DNA of 64,000 bases from Lytechinus pictus. Taxonomy: Eukaryota. A program made the translations under genes and the position numbers. The notes under the pieces are model-generated. The model had not been told where the DNA came from and searched no databases. It saw nothing but the letters and a program-made list of their open reading frames with translations. Location: NCBI RefSeq assembly GCF_037042905.1, contig NC_087250.1:23128001-23192000 (forward strand), given 5' to 3'. Of the stretch, positions 1-12,535 are shown piece after piece (within the stretch, counting starts at the first letter, position 1; the number at the start of each line of letters is the position of its first letter).

Positions 1-402
1 CATCCTGGTTGGTATGCAAATGAGGAGACTGACGACATTATCTACTCACCATTTCTTTGTACTTTCTTAAATGAAATATTCAAATTTTCTCCTCATTGTC
101 AAGTGAAACAACGATTAATTCCTCCCTGAACATGTGGAATTAGCACTGTTTAATACTATATGGTTCAGTCAACTTGGCCCTTATTGTCAAATCTGTAAAA
201 AATGAAATATTGTATAATTCAAACTCATTTGCATGACACTGAATTGTGCATATCACTGCTTTGTGAAAAATAAGCAAAACTTTGAATTGTCATAACTTTC
301 TTATTTTACATTCAATTTTTATGAAATTTTCAGCGTTATGCTAGTTTGATTTTCCTCTATTTATTCAAATCATTATTTTTCTGGGGTGGACTTGACCTTT
401 AA
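1..402. mobile_element. Kolobok-like MITE family A, partial at window edge
   Basis: Right end CTGGGGTGGACTTGACCT-TTAA; body similar to copies at 2611, 33327 and 41478. Confidence 0.8.
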
Positions 403-699
403 TAATAATTGTTGTTTGTCCTCATATCACTCTGGACCTGGTTCCTTTACATAAACTGAACTTTCTTGAAATCATTTCAAATTCAATGACGTTACATTGT
501 CCATAGTGTCGAAATTCTTAAAAATTAGGTTTATTGTCACCGTCCTAAGGTTCTATGACATTTGCTCTGGCGACAAAATCTCAGAAGGAAAAAAAGAGTT
601 TAAGAACCCAGACTTCAATAACCACCTTCAAGGGCAACCTGAAAAACACATACCTGTTTAAGAGTGATTTTTGATAGACATTGACTTATTGTTCAGACA

Positions 700-826
700 T
701 GTATTATATGTAAATAATTTTTGTTGTTCTGCTCTGAAGCGCCTTGAGCATCTAATCAAGATGGAAAGTGCGCTATACAAATCTCATTTTTTATTATTAT
801 TTTTTTATCATTATCATTATTATTAT
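700..826 (+). mobile_element. L2-type LINE/SINE 3' tail ending in (TTA)n
   Basis: AAGCGCCTTGAG...GCGCTATACAAAT followed by TTA repeats, a typical L2-like terminus. Confidence 0.5.
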
Positions 827-827
827 T

Positions 828-1923
828 CCTCTAAACAGGATCAAGTCCGTATTTTTTTCTTGAATAACTTTGCTCTAACAAAAAGCACCAAGTAATTTCA
901 AGTGCAACTAGGAACTTTACACTACTAATGTCCGAGAGTCTTTCTTATCAATCTGGTTGTACCCAAGATAGCTGCCTTCTGAATGTCGTACATCCGAAGG
1001 TGAGGAGAGATCTTGGTTATGCAGGCTTCCATTCCCTTCTTCACCATTCCTGAGTGACCAATGATGACTGGTGTGACCTCTGCTTTCACGTTCCACATCC
1101 TCTCGATCTCAATCCTTAGGTCTTGATACTTGAGCCGTTTGTCTCTTTCCTTTACAGCAATGTTGATATCGTGGGGAACAGAGACCTCAATGATATTTAC
1201 TACGTTGTTGTCTCTGACGATGATGTCCGGCTTGTTGCAGTTGATGGTTCTATCCGTTAGTATGCCACAGTTCCAATATATGGTGCTGTTATTGATCGTG
1301 GTGATCGTTTGTGGCTGATGTTCCCAAGCGTGATCACAAGTCATTTTACCGCGATCCTTCAGTAGTTGCCAATGGATAAGTTTGGCAATATTGTCATGTC
1401 TTGTGATGTACTCAGTTCCAGCAAGAGTCGAACATGCTGATACCAAATGCATGATTGTTTCGGTCTCTTTTCCACACATCCTGCAAGTGTCGTCTGTGTC
1501 TCTTCTGAGGATAGATTTTTCGTAGGCACGGGTCCTCACCACCTGGTCCTGAATAGCATAGACGAACCCTTCAGTTTTACCTCTTAGTCCCGCCGACTTA
1601 AGCCATTGATGGGTGTCTTTCTGGTCTACGAACTCCCGATGCGTCTGTTTTTCATGGTGGCCATGAAGTCGCTTGGATTTAAGTTGCTCTTGAAGTTTCT
1701 TGTGAAAGGAGCATTTAAGTCTTGCCTTCTCTTTTTCACCGTAGGGTAGTGTCAGTCGACGTTGTGCCAATAAGATAGATGCTTGCTTGTTAATGGAGTA
1801 TATTGCTTGACAATTATCATAATCGAGGGATATACTCGTCAGTATATCAGGTGGATTGGATAGGTAGTTGGCGAGGTTCGTTGCTTCCATATTCCAGACC
1901 ATCTCAATTTGTTGTAGACCTCT
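828..1923 (-). mobile_element. 5'-truncated non-LTR retrotransposon with restriction-like endonuclease (R4/Dong-like) inserted in a (TAA)n tract
   Basis: Open frame 1923->925 begins RGLQQIE (RT thumb GGRGL motif), then zinc knuckle CRMC..H..SAC, RHDNIA and REL core KPDIIV..IEVSVP..K..KY; ~97-bp 3' UTR; (TAA)n on both sides. Confidence 0.9.
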
Positions 1924-1932
1924 TTATTATTA

Positions 1933-1963
<31 letters not shown>

Positions 1964-2046
1964 TATTATTGTTATTATTATCATCATCAGTATTATTATT
2001 ATTATTATCATTATTATTATTATTATTATTGTTATTATTATCATCA

Positions 2047-2080
<34 letters not shown>

Positions 2081-2081
2081 C
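1924..2081. repeat. (TTA)n/(TCA)n microsatellite
   Basis: Direct reading. Confidence 0.97.
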
Positions 2082-2093
2082 AAAATCTGCACG

Positions 2094-2497
2094 TTAAAGA
2101 TAAAAACCAGCTGTGGTAACGATTTCAGTATGAGTTCAAACAGAATCCAATAAAATTACCACCAAAGGGTTTGTACGTATAAATAAAAATATGTGCCAGA
2201 TAGATCAGGAAGAAAATGCGTATCTGCCGAGAAATGAGCAAAATAAGCACCGAACTCCATCAAATGCCGGGTATTTTTCGAAACAATTTTAATACACTGT
2301 CCCATATATGCTTTTCTGTGTTAGTGATCATCAGGTTTATCGATATGGAGCTAAGATTTCATGATTTTTACAAAGATAAATTCACATTAATGTACCAGAA
2401 CTAGATGTGTGGTCAATTATTTTTACAATTCACCTTGACTTAAAAAGACTTTCTCATGAAATGATTGTTTGCAGCAACAACTGTATTTTACTTTCAA
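2094..2497. mobile_element. Kolobok-like MITE family F, inverted relative to the copies at 52896 and 57284
   Basis: TTAA-AGATAAAAACCAG start; body is the degenerate reverse complement of 57284-57674. Confidence 0.65.
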
Positions 2498-2610
2498 AGT
2501 CAAACATTCAATCTAACCCCTAAAATTAAATAAACCTTAATAATTTGTTTTACATTATTCTGAATCAAAATCTCTCCAATCCTCACTCTTACCCCATGCC
2601 CTCTGGGATA

Positions 2611-3223
2611 TTAAAGGCCAAGTCCACCCCAGAAAATTGTTGAATCGAATCGATAGAGAAAAATCAAACAAACAAAACGCTGCAAATTTCATCGTAATCG
2701 GATATAAAATAAGAAAGTTATGACATTTTTAAGTTTCGCTTATTTTTCACAAAACAGTTCAATGCACAACTCAGCAATATGCAAATGAAAAAGTCGATGA
2801 TGTCCATCACTCACTATTTCTTTTGTTTTTTATTGTTTTAATAATGCAATGTTTCAATTTTTACAGATTTCATAATAAAGACCAATTTAACTTAACCGTA
2901 AACTTTTAAAATAATGGTTATTCCACATGTTCAGTGAGAAATAAAACTTTGCTTCACTTGACAAGGAGGAGAAAATTAGAATATTTCATATTTCATATAA
3001 TAAAATACAAAAGAAATAATGAGTGGGTGACGTCATCAGTCTGCCAATTTGCATACCGACCAGGATGTGCATATAGCTGTTTTGTGAAATTAAGCGAAAC
3101 TTTAAAATGTCATAACTTTCTTATTTTATATCCGATTTTGATGAAATTTTCAGTGTTTTGCTTGTTGGATTTTTCTCCTATTTTTCAAATCAACTTTTTT
3201 GTTGGGATGGACTTGTCCTTTAA
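2611..3223. mobile_element. Kolobok-like MITE family A
   Basis: TTAA-AGGCCAAGTCCACCCC ... GGATGGACTTGTCCT-TTAA (TIRs plus TTAA TSD). Confidence 0.85.
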
Positions 3224-3955
3224 TACCGGAGCAAATGTCGAAGGAGCAAAATATCGTGTCACTCATCCGATATTTTTATCCGGTTCAATGTCAAAATTAA
3301 AATATGGTGAAATCATTAATCATATTTCGTTTTATTCGATAGTGTCGTAACTCGTTGTGTTCACATTAAAATTTCTTATAGAACATAGTTACATGAATTA
3401 CATGCATAACATGTATGAAATATAATTATACAGAATGACATTGGACAATGACAAAAAAAAATCACGAGGATATTTTTTTTCCAATTAGGACTTAAAAGTA
3501 GACTTGGGATCGTGTCACTTTTTGAGCAGCTGATTTAAACAAATTATCAAACTAACATGAAACATGTGTATGAATGCCTGTATTTGTCTACAAACACCAT
3601 GAAACAGAACACAATATAGGATGACAAACTCTAATTTAGATACAAGCAGCAATATTTACTAGCCTGATTTTGAGAACCCGTCTGCTCGTTTATTTATGAT
3701 CGATATAGACTTAAGGTCGTTCATACGATTTAGTCGAATAACACCCTCTCTAGTCAATGAAAGATCCATACTGATTCAGAGGTTTAAGGGGCAAATTCCA
3801 CCTCTTAATTTCAATTTCAATCAATTAGAAATCAATACAAAATTAAACAATTACATCTGATGTATACACATATCTATAATAAGAATCCAAGTATAGGTTG
3901 ATTTATTGGTTCAATACTAACTATAAACATTTTATTATTTAATTCGATTAGAAAT

Positions 3956-4557
3956 TTAAAGAGGAATCCAACCCAACTAAAAACTTGTTTTTGTAAGAAA
4001 AAGAAAAATCAGACAAGTTGATAGGTGAAAGTTTGACAATATTGGACAAACAACAAGAAAGTTATGATTTTTTAAAAGTTGTAAATATTGGTAATCACTG
4101 TACCCATGGAGACTTCAAATTGGCCGCATATGGGATGTCATAGTGATGTAAGGCAAGGACTACTCTTCCATGTACTCCAATACATATTGTGGCTAAAATT
4201 TCATTTTCCCAAAAAGTTTTATTTCAAATTATATTTTTCTTTCATGAGGACATAAAACAATATACTACCTGGATTATATTGAGATTACTGCCCCAGGGGA
4301 ATGGGTACTTAGGAGAAAACCACAAATCCCTGATAATAAAGTACATGGCCTATGGGAAAGTTGTCCTTGCCCCTTGTCATAATTTACTTACCCAGTTGCC
4401 AATTTGAAATCTACATACTATTAGTGATCTCAATTTAAAAGCAGCTATAACTTTCTTATTCCTTGTCCGATTTCTTTCAAACTTTCGCCATTCTGTTTAA
4501 TTTATTTTTCTCCTTCCCAACACAACATTTTATGGCAAAGGCTGGATTCCCCTTTAA
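3956..4557. mobile_element. Kolobok-like MITE family B
   Basis: TTAA-AGAGGAATCCAACC ... GGCTGGATTCCCCT-TTAA. Confidence 0.8.
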
Positions 4558-5023
4558 GTACTCCCAATCGAAATGTTTTCTAAATTTTGTAAGGAGGCAG
4601 TATCTTTCTGTCTCCCAATACAGTGATTGGATACAAATTCCCGAAATTCAAAGACATTTACTGGGGTTTTAAAGTGTTTTTCAACAAAAATCGGTCAATA
4701 ATACAGCGAGTCTAAATTTGGTCCAAGTGACCAAAATCAAGGAATTTACCATTTTTTGGTTCACCCCCTTTTTAAAAATAAGAACAAAATTACGAAGTGC
4801 GCTCCCGGACCGCGAGAGGAAAATTTTGAGCTACGTATCGAGGTAAACAACGTTTAATTGTAATTTACGGATTATCCGGAATTACCTGAATTTCTTTCAT
4901 GATCCGAAAATTACTTAAAAATGATCCGCATGACCCGGAATTCGGGTAATTTCCTTCAAAGTGGAAACACGGTGACCAGTGTTTATTGACACACCATTTT
5001 CTCCGTTGACAATTGCTCCAGGT

Positions 5024-5438
5024 TAGGCGACCGCACACCTTACGATTGGTCTGCGACTCAATTTTGGAATATACGTAGTACAATTTGATGCTAATATTGA
5101 GACTTGGAATATCTTACTGTGTAATGTTCGAAATCATCTTACGAATACCTACGTTCAAACCTGTGACTATGCTATCATCCTTCTTAGAATAAAAGCAAAT
5201 TTAATATCTAGTCGTAATGACGTCATAGCAGTCGTACGATTGGCTACGATTTGAAACTAATTTGGCCTTTACTCGAAAGTGAGGGCTTGCAATCTTTCAA
5301 AATGGTTATATAAATATTCCTTCATTTAATTTTAACCTCAAATAAAATTATATGTTCCATTCACATTTTCAGAAAATGAACAAAATGCGATTTGTTCCAA
5401 AATCGGATCGCGAACAGTCGTAAGGTGTGCGATGGCCT
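5024..5438. mobile_element. PIF/Harbinger-like MITE; partial copy at ~13240-13466
   Basis: TIRs GGCGACCGCACACCTTACGA / TCGTAAGGTGTGCGATGGCC; nested in a GACAATTGCTCC-type repeat. Confidence 0.7.
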
Positions 5439-5620
5439 TTAGGATTTTTAGGGTCAAGGACAGTAGGGGTTTATGTTAGGCTTAGAGTTAGTTTTGGGAT
5501 AGAGTATAGCGTTGAATCTAGGGTTGAAGTTGGTCATTACATTACTGTGTGGAATTTACAGGGGACAAGTTGTCGTCCGAGCAAAGTCATAAAATCGCCA
5601 TGTCATCCTAGATATATATA

Positions 5621-5916
5621 CACTGTTAGAAAATTTTTCCTTAAAATAAAAGAAGTTCCTGCAGCAGAGTCTCTAGAACACCTGTAGTCTTACCAGATTG
5701 CGTAATCTTACATTATATCATGTAAAATTACAGGAAATCGGTATTTGGTGTATGGAATCTTACAAATTCTTAAATAAAACACCTTGTCCCCTTCTTAAAC
5801 AGACCTGTTCTGTTAAATTGCAGAATAATTCCTGTTTTATGAATTTACAGAATGATTCTGTTATTGCTTTCTGTAAAACCTTGTTTTTTCTGTAAAATCA
5901 GGGTTTTTTAACAGTG
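5621..5916. mobile_element. CACTG-terminated (CMC/EnSpm-like) MITE
   Basis: CACTGTTAGAAAA ... TTTTTTAACAGTG termini with internal CTGTAAAATTACAG-like repeats. Confidence 0.65.
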
Positions 5917-7843
5917 AAAGTCTGGTGCACTTTCATAAACTGGACTTTGTGAAATCATGAAATCTTAGCTGAAAACGATCACACTGAAGATGGCCATTTA
6001 AAGGGTCGAACGAGCAAAGTGAGAGAGCAAAAAATGACCTTTTAATAAAAAAAAATAATATAATGATTGAGGAAAATATAATCAATTCCTTTTCTTTTGC
6101 TTTCTGTTCTTTATTCTCCTTTTTTTTTTTTTTGTGGGGGGGGGGGGGGTGACTTCCCGGCCCCATCTGTACGACAGTACATGTATATAAACTGTATGGT
6201 GGTCATTATATTGTTTGAACTCATTTTTAGACCGTTACAACTTATATCTATGTCGACTTATACAGATAAGTGATTATTTATTACACAAGCAATTACACAA
6301 GCAATGTCCACGCCGATTATGTTAACAATCCATGTATTTTGATCATGATTATTGAAATGAAAAAATGAATTTATGAATGAATTAACCTTTCAAGTAATCA
6401 ATTGGTTGATTACATGAGGTGATTGATAAATAACTAAGTAAAAAATTAATGGAATAAAATCGTGCCTTTTGACTTAAACTTCAATCTTAAAGTTACTGAT
6501 TACTATTTATACATTCTTAATATATCTCTCTCATTATTTTTTTTTTTTTCGATCTGTACTAGTTAGTTGCAAGGTTCTTCATCATTATTATCATTTTATA
6601 TTTTTTCATTCTCAATAACCACTGGACAATTGTATGATAATGTGTAACTTATTTTAGTGATTGTATAATTATCTTATGAGATTTATAATGTTATCTTATA
6701 TGGGGTTAGGGTTAGGTATTTGAGAGAAAACGAAAAACGTTAAAAATACAGAAGAAAACATACATGTGCTTTTAATTCTGTTTAATTATGCTCATGTTAA
6801 TATCATTCAATGCTCATTTGATTTCTAATTTTTATCATACATATATTGTGATTTTCTTTATGGAGAGAAAACCGTCATGTGTTAACAATTACCCGTTTAA
6901 CGGCCACAATAAATAAAATGACATGAAATTTTGCGAATACATATCACTTTTAAAAAAATACTTTAAATTGTAATCGATGCCAGTATGCCCGACAGAAGTT
7001 TATACCCGTTAGATAATACAGTAATCGATTATGCTCTAAAAGTAAATTATTAAAACATCAATGAAAATCACTGAGGTTGGAATATACGTTCCAATGTACT
7101 TTGAAATTTTAGGTGTATAGAATTCATAACTTTAATGTATTGAATATTGAATATTTATATTTTTGAACAAAAGTATTATAGCGATGGTATTTTCAGCTAA
7201 TTGCTAACCATCACAGAGCATCGGTTTGAAACATTTATATCAGTCAACCGTCCCAATTAGCGTGCGCGAGTTATGCTCGCAGCGCCAATGTAGCAAATTT
7301 TAGATGGAAACAGCTGAACAAGCTGTCTTCCTCGCATCAATGGAAAGGTAATTGTCACAGATAGAGTACATGCACATTTGTGTTTTTCTGATTCTTATTC
7401 ACGTTAAATTACAGTTTGGCGAAAGGAAACAAAGCAGGAGCCCCCCCCCCCCCTCATCCGACACCAAAATAATAATAAAATTAAATCAAATAATCATCAC
7501 TCCGGAAGACGGAAAGTCAACCTGCCTGAAACGTCGCCTACACAATTGCTACTGCTACTACTCCGCCGCTGACTCAAGCCAGCCTTCTCTCACCTACTCA
7601 TGACTGCCTACTACTCAGCTTTCCATTCACTCTGGTTTACAGTCCTTTTAAGGACTATACTTTTTTCGAAAAGAATACTCTACGTCCCAACCTCCACTTT
7701 CTCGCCTCTCCATTTCACCTCCATTTCTATCCACTTCTATCTCAGTCCCTCTTGGACTTTACACATGGTGTACTGTAAACCACTTCCGCCAAATAACAGA
7801 ATGAATGAATAAGATTTTGAAATATCAGGAATAAATCACTTAC

Positions 7844-7975
7844 CGCAGAAGAGCATAATGTTTGACTTTGAATAAGCCGTCATGATGAGGCATGATACGA
7901 AAGAGAGGATGGATATCTGCATGGTACAATGGTCTGAGAAAAAGAGCCGAAGCACGTACCCGCCAACGACGAGAC
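7844..7975 (-). CDS. SLC46-family transporter paralog 1, coding exon 3
   Basis: AG..GT bounded, 132 bp, phase 1/1, GLVVGGYVLRLFFSDHCTMQISILSFVSCLIMTAYSKSNIMLFC; same length and phase as exon 32907-33038 of paralog 2. Confidence 0.9.
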
Positions 7976-8049
7976 CTACGCAATAAAAATAGTTCCAAGA
8001 GAGCAATCAATACCAAATCGGGCAAGCATGAGGATGATAATTAATTGGA

Positions 8050-8515
8050 GGAGGATGGTAGTGATGTTGATGGTGATGGTGATGATGATGACGATGGTGA
8101 TGATGATGGTGATGATAATGATGATGATGATAATGATCATGGTGGTGATGATGATGGTGATGATTTTAATGATGATGGTGATGATGATAATGGTGGTGAT
8201 GATGATGATGATGATGATGATGATGGTAATGATCATGGTGGTGATGATGATGGTGATGATTTTAATGATGATGGTGATGATGATAATGGTGGTGGTGATG
8301 ATGATGATGATGATGATGATGATAATGGTGATGATGGTGATGATGATGATGATGATGGTGTTGATGATGATGATGATGATGATAATGATGATAGTGATGA
8401 TGGTGATGATAATGATGATGATGGTGGTGATGATGATGATTTTGATGATGATGTTGATGATGATGTGATGGAGATGATGATGATGGCGATGGTGATGGTT
8501 TCATAGTGATGATGT
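8050..8515. repeat. (GAT/GGT)n trinucleotide tract in an intron of paralog 1
   Basis: Direct reading. Confidence 0.97.
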
Positions 8516-8673
8516 GAAATAAGTAAATAAATAGATAAAAAGATAGTAAGCATAGAGATAAAATAATTGATTAATTAATCGATAGATAAATAAATGAATG
8601 AATAAATAAATAAACAGAGAAATAAATAAGTATAATGGATCGAATAACATTATGCTATTTCATATGCACTCAC

Positions 8674-8745
8674 CAAATCCAGAAAATATGAAAGTCAGTC
8701 CGTTAAATAAACCAATAAGGGCTGATGACCAGCAGAATGGCTGAC
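8674..8745 (-). CDS. SLC46-family transporter paralog 1, coding exon 2
   Basis: AG..GT bounded, 72 bp, GQPFCWSSALIGLFNGLTFIFSGFG, containing the SLC46 P-x-C-W..IG motif. Confidence 0.9.
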
Positions 8746-8878
8746 CTGATAAGAAAATAAGAAGAAAAAAAAATCATTTTGCTTCAAAGATCAAGTCCAT
8801 CTCAACAACAAGTCGATAGGGAATAGGGATACAATCAAACAGGCCTCACACCCATAATTTCACCCAAAAAATTGGATG

Positions 8879-9416
8879 TTAAAGGAAAATGAAACCTTTG
8901 GAACAAGATAGCTTGTGTGAAAACAGAAAAATCAAAGAAACAGATCAACGAAAGTTTGATAAAAATTGAATGAATAATAAGAAAGTTATGAGCATTAGAA
9001 GTTTAGGTCGTTATTGTAATGTAGATCCTACTATTGACAGCGTGACAAAGATGTGTGATATCACATGTGAACAACTTTCCCATTGCTTTTGTATTTGTTT
9101 AACTTAAAATGCCTCATTTATCACACCTATCATTACATCACTAATTCTTTCTATAGGAGGGCTTGTAATACAGATTTTCAAACAATATATTATGGATATG
9201 GATATCACCATAAGAAAGAGCAAAAAGAGACATTTGCGGGTATTTCATAGTCCATCTAAGGGAAAGTTGTTCACATGTGACATCACACATATCTGTCGCA
9301 TTGTCAATGGGAGGATCTCCACAGCATTAGTCATGTTAGTGATCGCAATATTCAAATGCTCATAACTTTCTCATAATTTGTCCGATTTTTCTCAAACTTT
9401 CTTCTTCTTGTTCCAG
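8879..9416. mobile_element. Kolobok-like MITE family C, right end truncated
   Basis: TTAA-AGGAAAATGAAACCTTTGGAACAAG; similar to 38933-39528. Confidence 0.8.
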
Positions 9417-10792
9417 AGTCGGAATATGGGGTGCGAATTCGTCTGAACAATTTGAGATAAAAAAATGAACAAATAGAAAAGTCATCAGTACAGAATGAAG
9501 GGTATTTTCAAAGTTAAATTCGTTCTTTTACAAAAACCGTATCGGGGCAGGAATGGTGATATGCAAATGAGGAACCAATGACGTAATCCACACTCATCTT
9601 TTCCCTTATATGTTAAGTCTGTGTAAACTATGATTTTTTTTCGGAAAGGTCTTGCTTGATTAATTTTGCAGTTTGTTATAACTTGGCAATTTTACGAGTT
9701 AAAGGAGAAACGATCTATTATATTACGATAAGGGGGTGGATATTTCATAATAACAAATTACAAGTCGGTGACGTAATCTGAGTTGTCCAATATCCATTAT
9801 AAGCCTAACTATTTTGTGAAATTAATCAAAATAAATTGTTTTAACTCTCTTCTTTCACGTCAGCATTGCTGAAACTTCGGGGTCCGACCACTTGACCGAA
9901 GGCCCGCGAGAACGACTTTTTTTTGTCCTTCATCAGATGCCGAGTGGTTTAAGGCGCCTCGTTGCAGCGGCGTATGCCTGTTATCAGAGGGGGGAGGGGG
10001 CAGAGCCAAATATTTTCCGGTAACTCCGTCTAGAATTGGTGACATAGCTAGGATTTCAGTTTAGGGGCGGTAGTGAGCACGGGAATCGCGCTCCCTGGGG
10101 GGTGCAGGGAGGGGGAGTGTCCCCCGCGAGAAGCATGGAAGCTCCGACGTTCCTGTGAATCGTCCTTGTCTGCTCCAGCTCATCTTAATACGTCCTCTGC
10201 CCGTTTTCGGAGGGGGGGGGGGGGGTAGAGCCAAAATATTTCCCGGTAACTAAGTCCAGAAGGATTTCATTTTAGGGGGGGGTAGTGAGCCCAAAAAGAA
10301 ATGAAATTACATAATCGATCACAGAAGGTGTTATTCTTTCTATCCTGTTTGGATTTCATTTTTTATATCAGTCAAAATTTATACCTACGTAAATTAATTT
10401 TAATTTTTTTTAATTAAAAAAGAAAGAAAATAACACTCAAACTAATTTTGTAACAACACAATTAAAAAAATATATATAACACGATAAATTATATTTAAAA
10501 AAGATATATATACATACTTCATCACTAAGGTAGGTTATTCGAAAAATAAAATACAGATTAATTAAATTTTGTCAAGCACCCGCATTATCTCTGCGCAGGT
10601 GCTATTTGCTCTCTGAGTTATCTTTGAACATAAGATTTCTGTAGTTGATAAGAGACGTGAATGTACTTAGTACCGATTATTTCATTAATTAATTGAATAG
10701 TTCAATGACTCGATCATGCAGGGCCCACTGGAAGAACAGTTACTTAACTGAACTGGCTAACACGGGTAATTGAAACGTTGTTACTACTATTA

Positions 10793-11187
10793 TTGTCTCG
10801 CATGCATAGCAGAGCGAGACTATAGGCGCCGCTTTTCCGACGGCGACGGCGGCGGAGTCGTCATCATTGTAATCTTAAACAAGGTTAAGTTTTTGAAGAG
10901 TCGTCATAACTTCGAAAGTATATGGGTCTAGTTCAGGAAACTTGACATAAGGGTAATCGAGTATTACTGAACATCCTGCTCGAGTTCCAGGTCACATGAC
11001 CAAGGTCAAAGGTCACTTAGATTCAATAAACTTAGACCATGCTAGGGGAATCCATATCAAAATCTTAACCAAGGCTAAGTTTTTGAAGAGTCGTCATAAC
11101 TTCTACAGTATATGGGCCTAGTTCATGAAACTTGGATATAAGGGTGATAGTGTATCACTGAGGATCCTGCCTGAGTTTCAGGTCACC
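10793..11187 (+). mobile_element. Helentron-associated (HINE/DINE-like) repeat fragment with ~190-bp tandem core; second fragment at ~39930-40145
   Basis: Short inverted repeat GTCTCGC..GCGAGAC, a (GGC/GAC) run, then two AATCTTAA(A/C)CAAGG.TAAGTTTTTGAAG units. Confidence 0.55.
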
Positions 11188-11919
11188 GAAACTTCTTTTG
11201 GATTGCTATATCTGAATATTGCAAAAATGGGGTGAAATATGAATTGAAGATGACAGTAACTGAAAATTATGGTATACTGTAAGTGCAATCAGGGATCCGA
11301 TTATACATTAACACATCTAACCAACATCATGCCCAATGCATAGGTAACACTACCCCTAAAACAACAGAAGTAATTTTAACGGACATCATAAGCTGGCATT
11401 GACTAATTTGGCCGATTTACCCACTGCGATGTATGAAACTTCATCAAAGTTTCATACGAAGAAAGCTAACTCAATTATTGTGGAAAATACAATACTGTTT
11501 CAAGTGAGCGCAGCGAGCGAGCCTGAAGAAATGACAGTTTAAACCAACGTTATCCTCAGCTATACAGCTGTGGGGGGGGGGGGGTATTTCGATACCATTG
11601 TGTTGTTAATCAATTATCAGGTGTCAAAAACCATAAAAGCTATCACCCAAGGTTGATGATGTTCATAAAAAAGTATTCTTTTTCATGTAATGTACTGGTA
11701 TCCAAATATAGCACTGTGCGATGAAAGCATTGTCTTTTACTTCCCTTGACTGATATTTCCCAAACACTAAAGACTATCTCAAATGGGATAACAATTTAGC
11801 TGCTCTACCATGTCCACTGATATAATTCGTAACTAAATATTATGGAGGCACCAATCCGTTTCCCATGACAGTTTAACTCTTAACACCATAAAAAGAAGGG
11901 GAGATGTGCATTTTTTTAC

Positions 11920-12535
11920 TTAAAGAGATGCTCCGGGCTGAAGATATTTACATCTCAATAAAAAGAGTAAAATTCACAAAGCAAAATGCTGAAGATTTTA
12001 TCAAAATCGGATAACAAATAACAAAGTTATTGAATTTTAAAAATTTGCATTATTCCGGTGAAACAGTTCTAGGCATATCTTCATGAATATTCATTAGGTG
12101 GGCTGGTGATGTCATATCCCCGCTTGTCCTTTTGTATTTTATTGAATGAAATTAGGTTTATTCAAAAATTTTATCCCAAGAAATAAAACAATGGGATTAA
12201 CAAATTACTAATTATGTGCATTAGTTATGTATTGCTGCGACTTATTTCATCATTATGGAGACACATCATTTAAACAAGTCATGTATGAAAAAATGAAACA
12301 AATCATGATATCATGTAATAACATAACAAAAAGGAAAGTGGGGATGTGACATCATCAGCTCACCGAATAATCATGACAACGTGCATTAAATTGTTTTCAC
12401 AAAATATTGCTAAACTTAAAAATTCAATAACTTTGTTATTTGTTATCCGATTTCGATGATTTTTTTTTGCATTTTGCTTTGTGAATTTTACTCTCTTTTG
12501 GATATAAATATCTTCAGCCCAGAGCATCCTTTTAA
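11920..12535. mobile_element. Kolobok-like MITE family D
   Basis: TTAA-AGAGATGCTCCGGGCTGAAG ... CTTCAGCCCAGAGCATCCTT-TTAA. Confidence 0.85.

Noticed and set aside
1803..2153. Poly-Ile, poly-Tyr and poly-His ORFs
   Set aside because: Translations of the (TTA)n microsatellite.
7303..7347. Plus-strand AG|ATGGAAACAGCT..AAAG|GTAATT exon-like segment
   Set aside because: Weak polypyrimidine tract and no partner exons or homology recognised.
7976..8553. Poly-Asp, poly-Met, poly-Ser and poly-His ORFs (also 37117-37785)
   Set aside because: (GAT)n tracts inside introns defined by flanking SLC46 exons; no support as acidic biomineral proteins.
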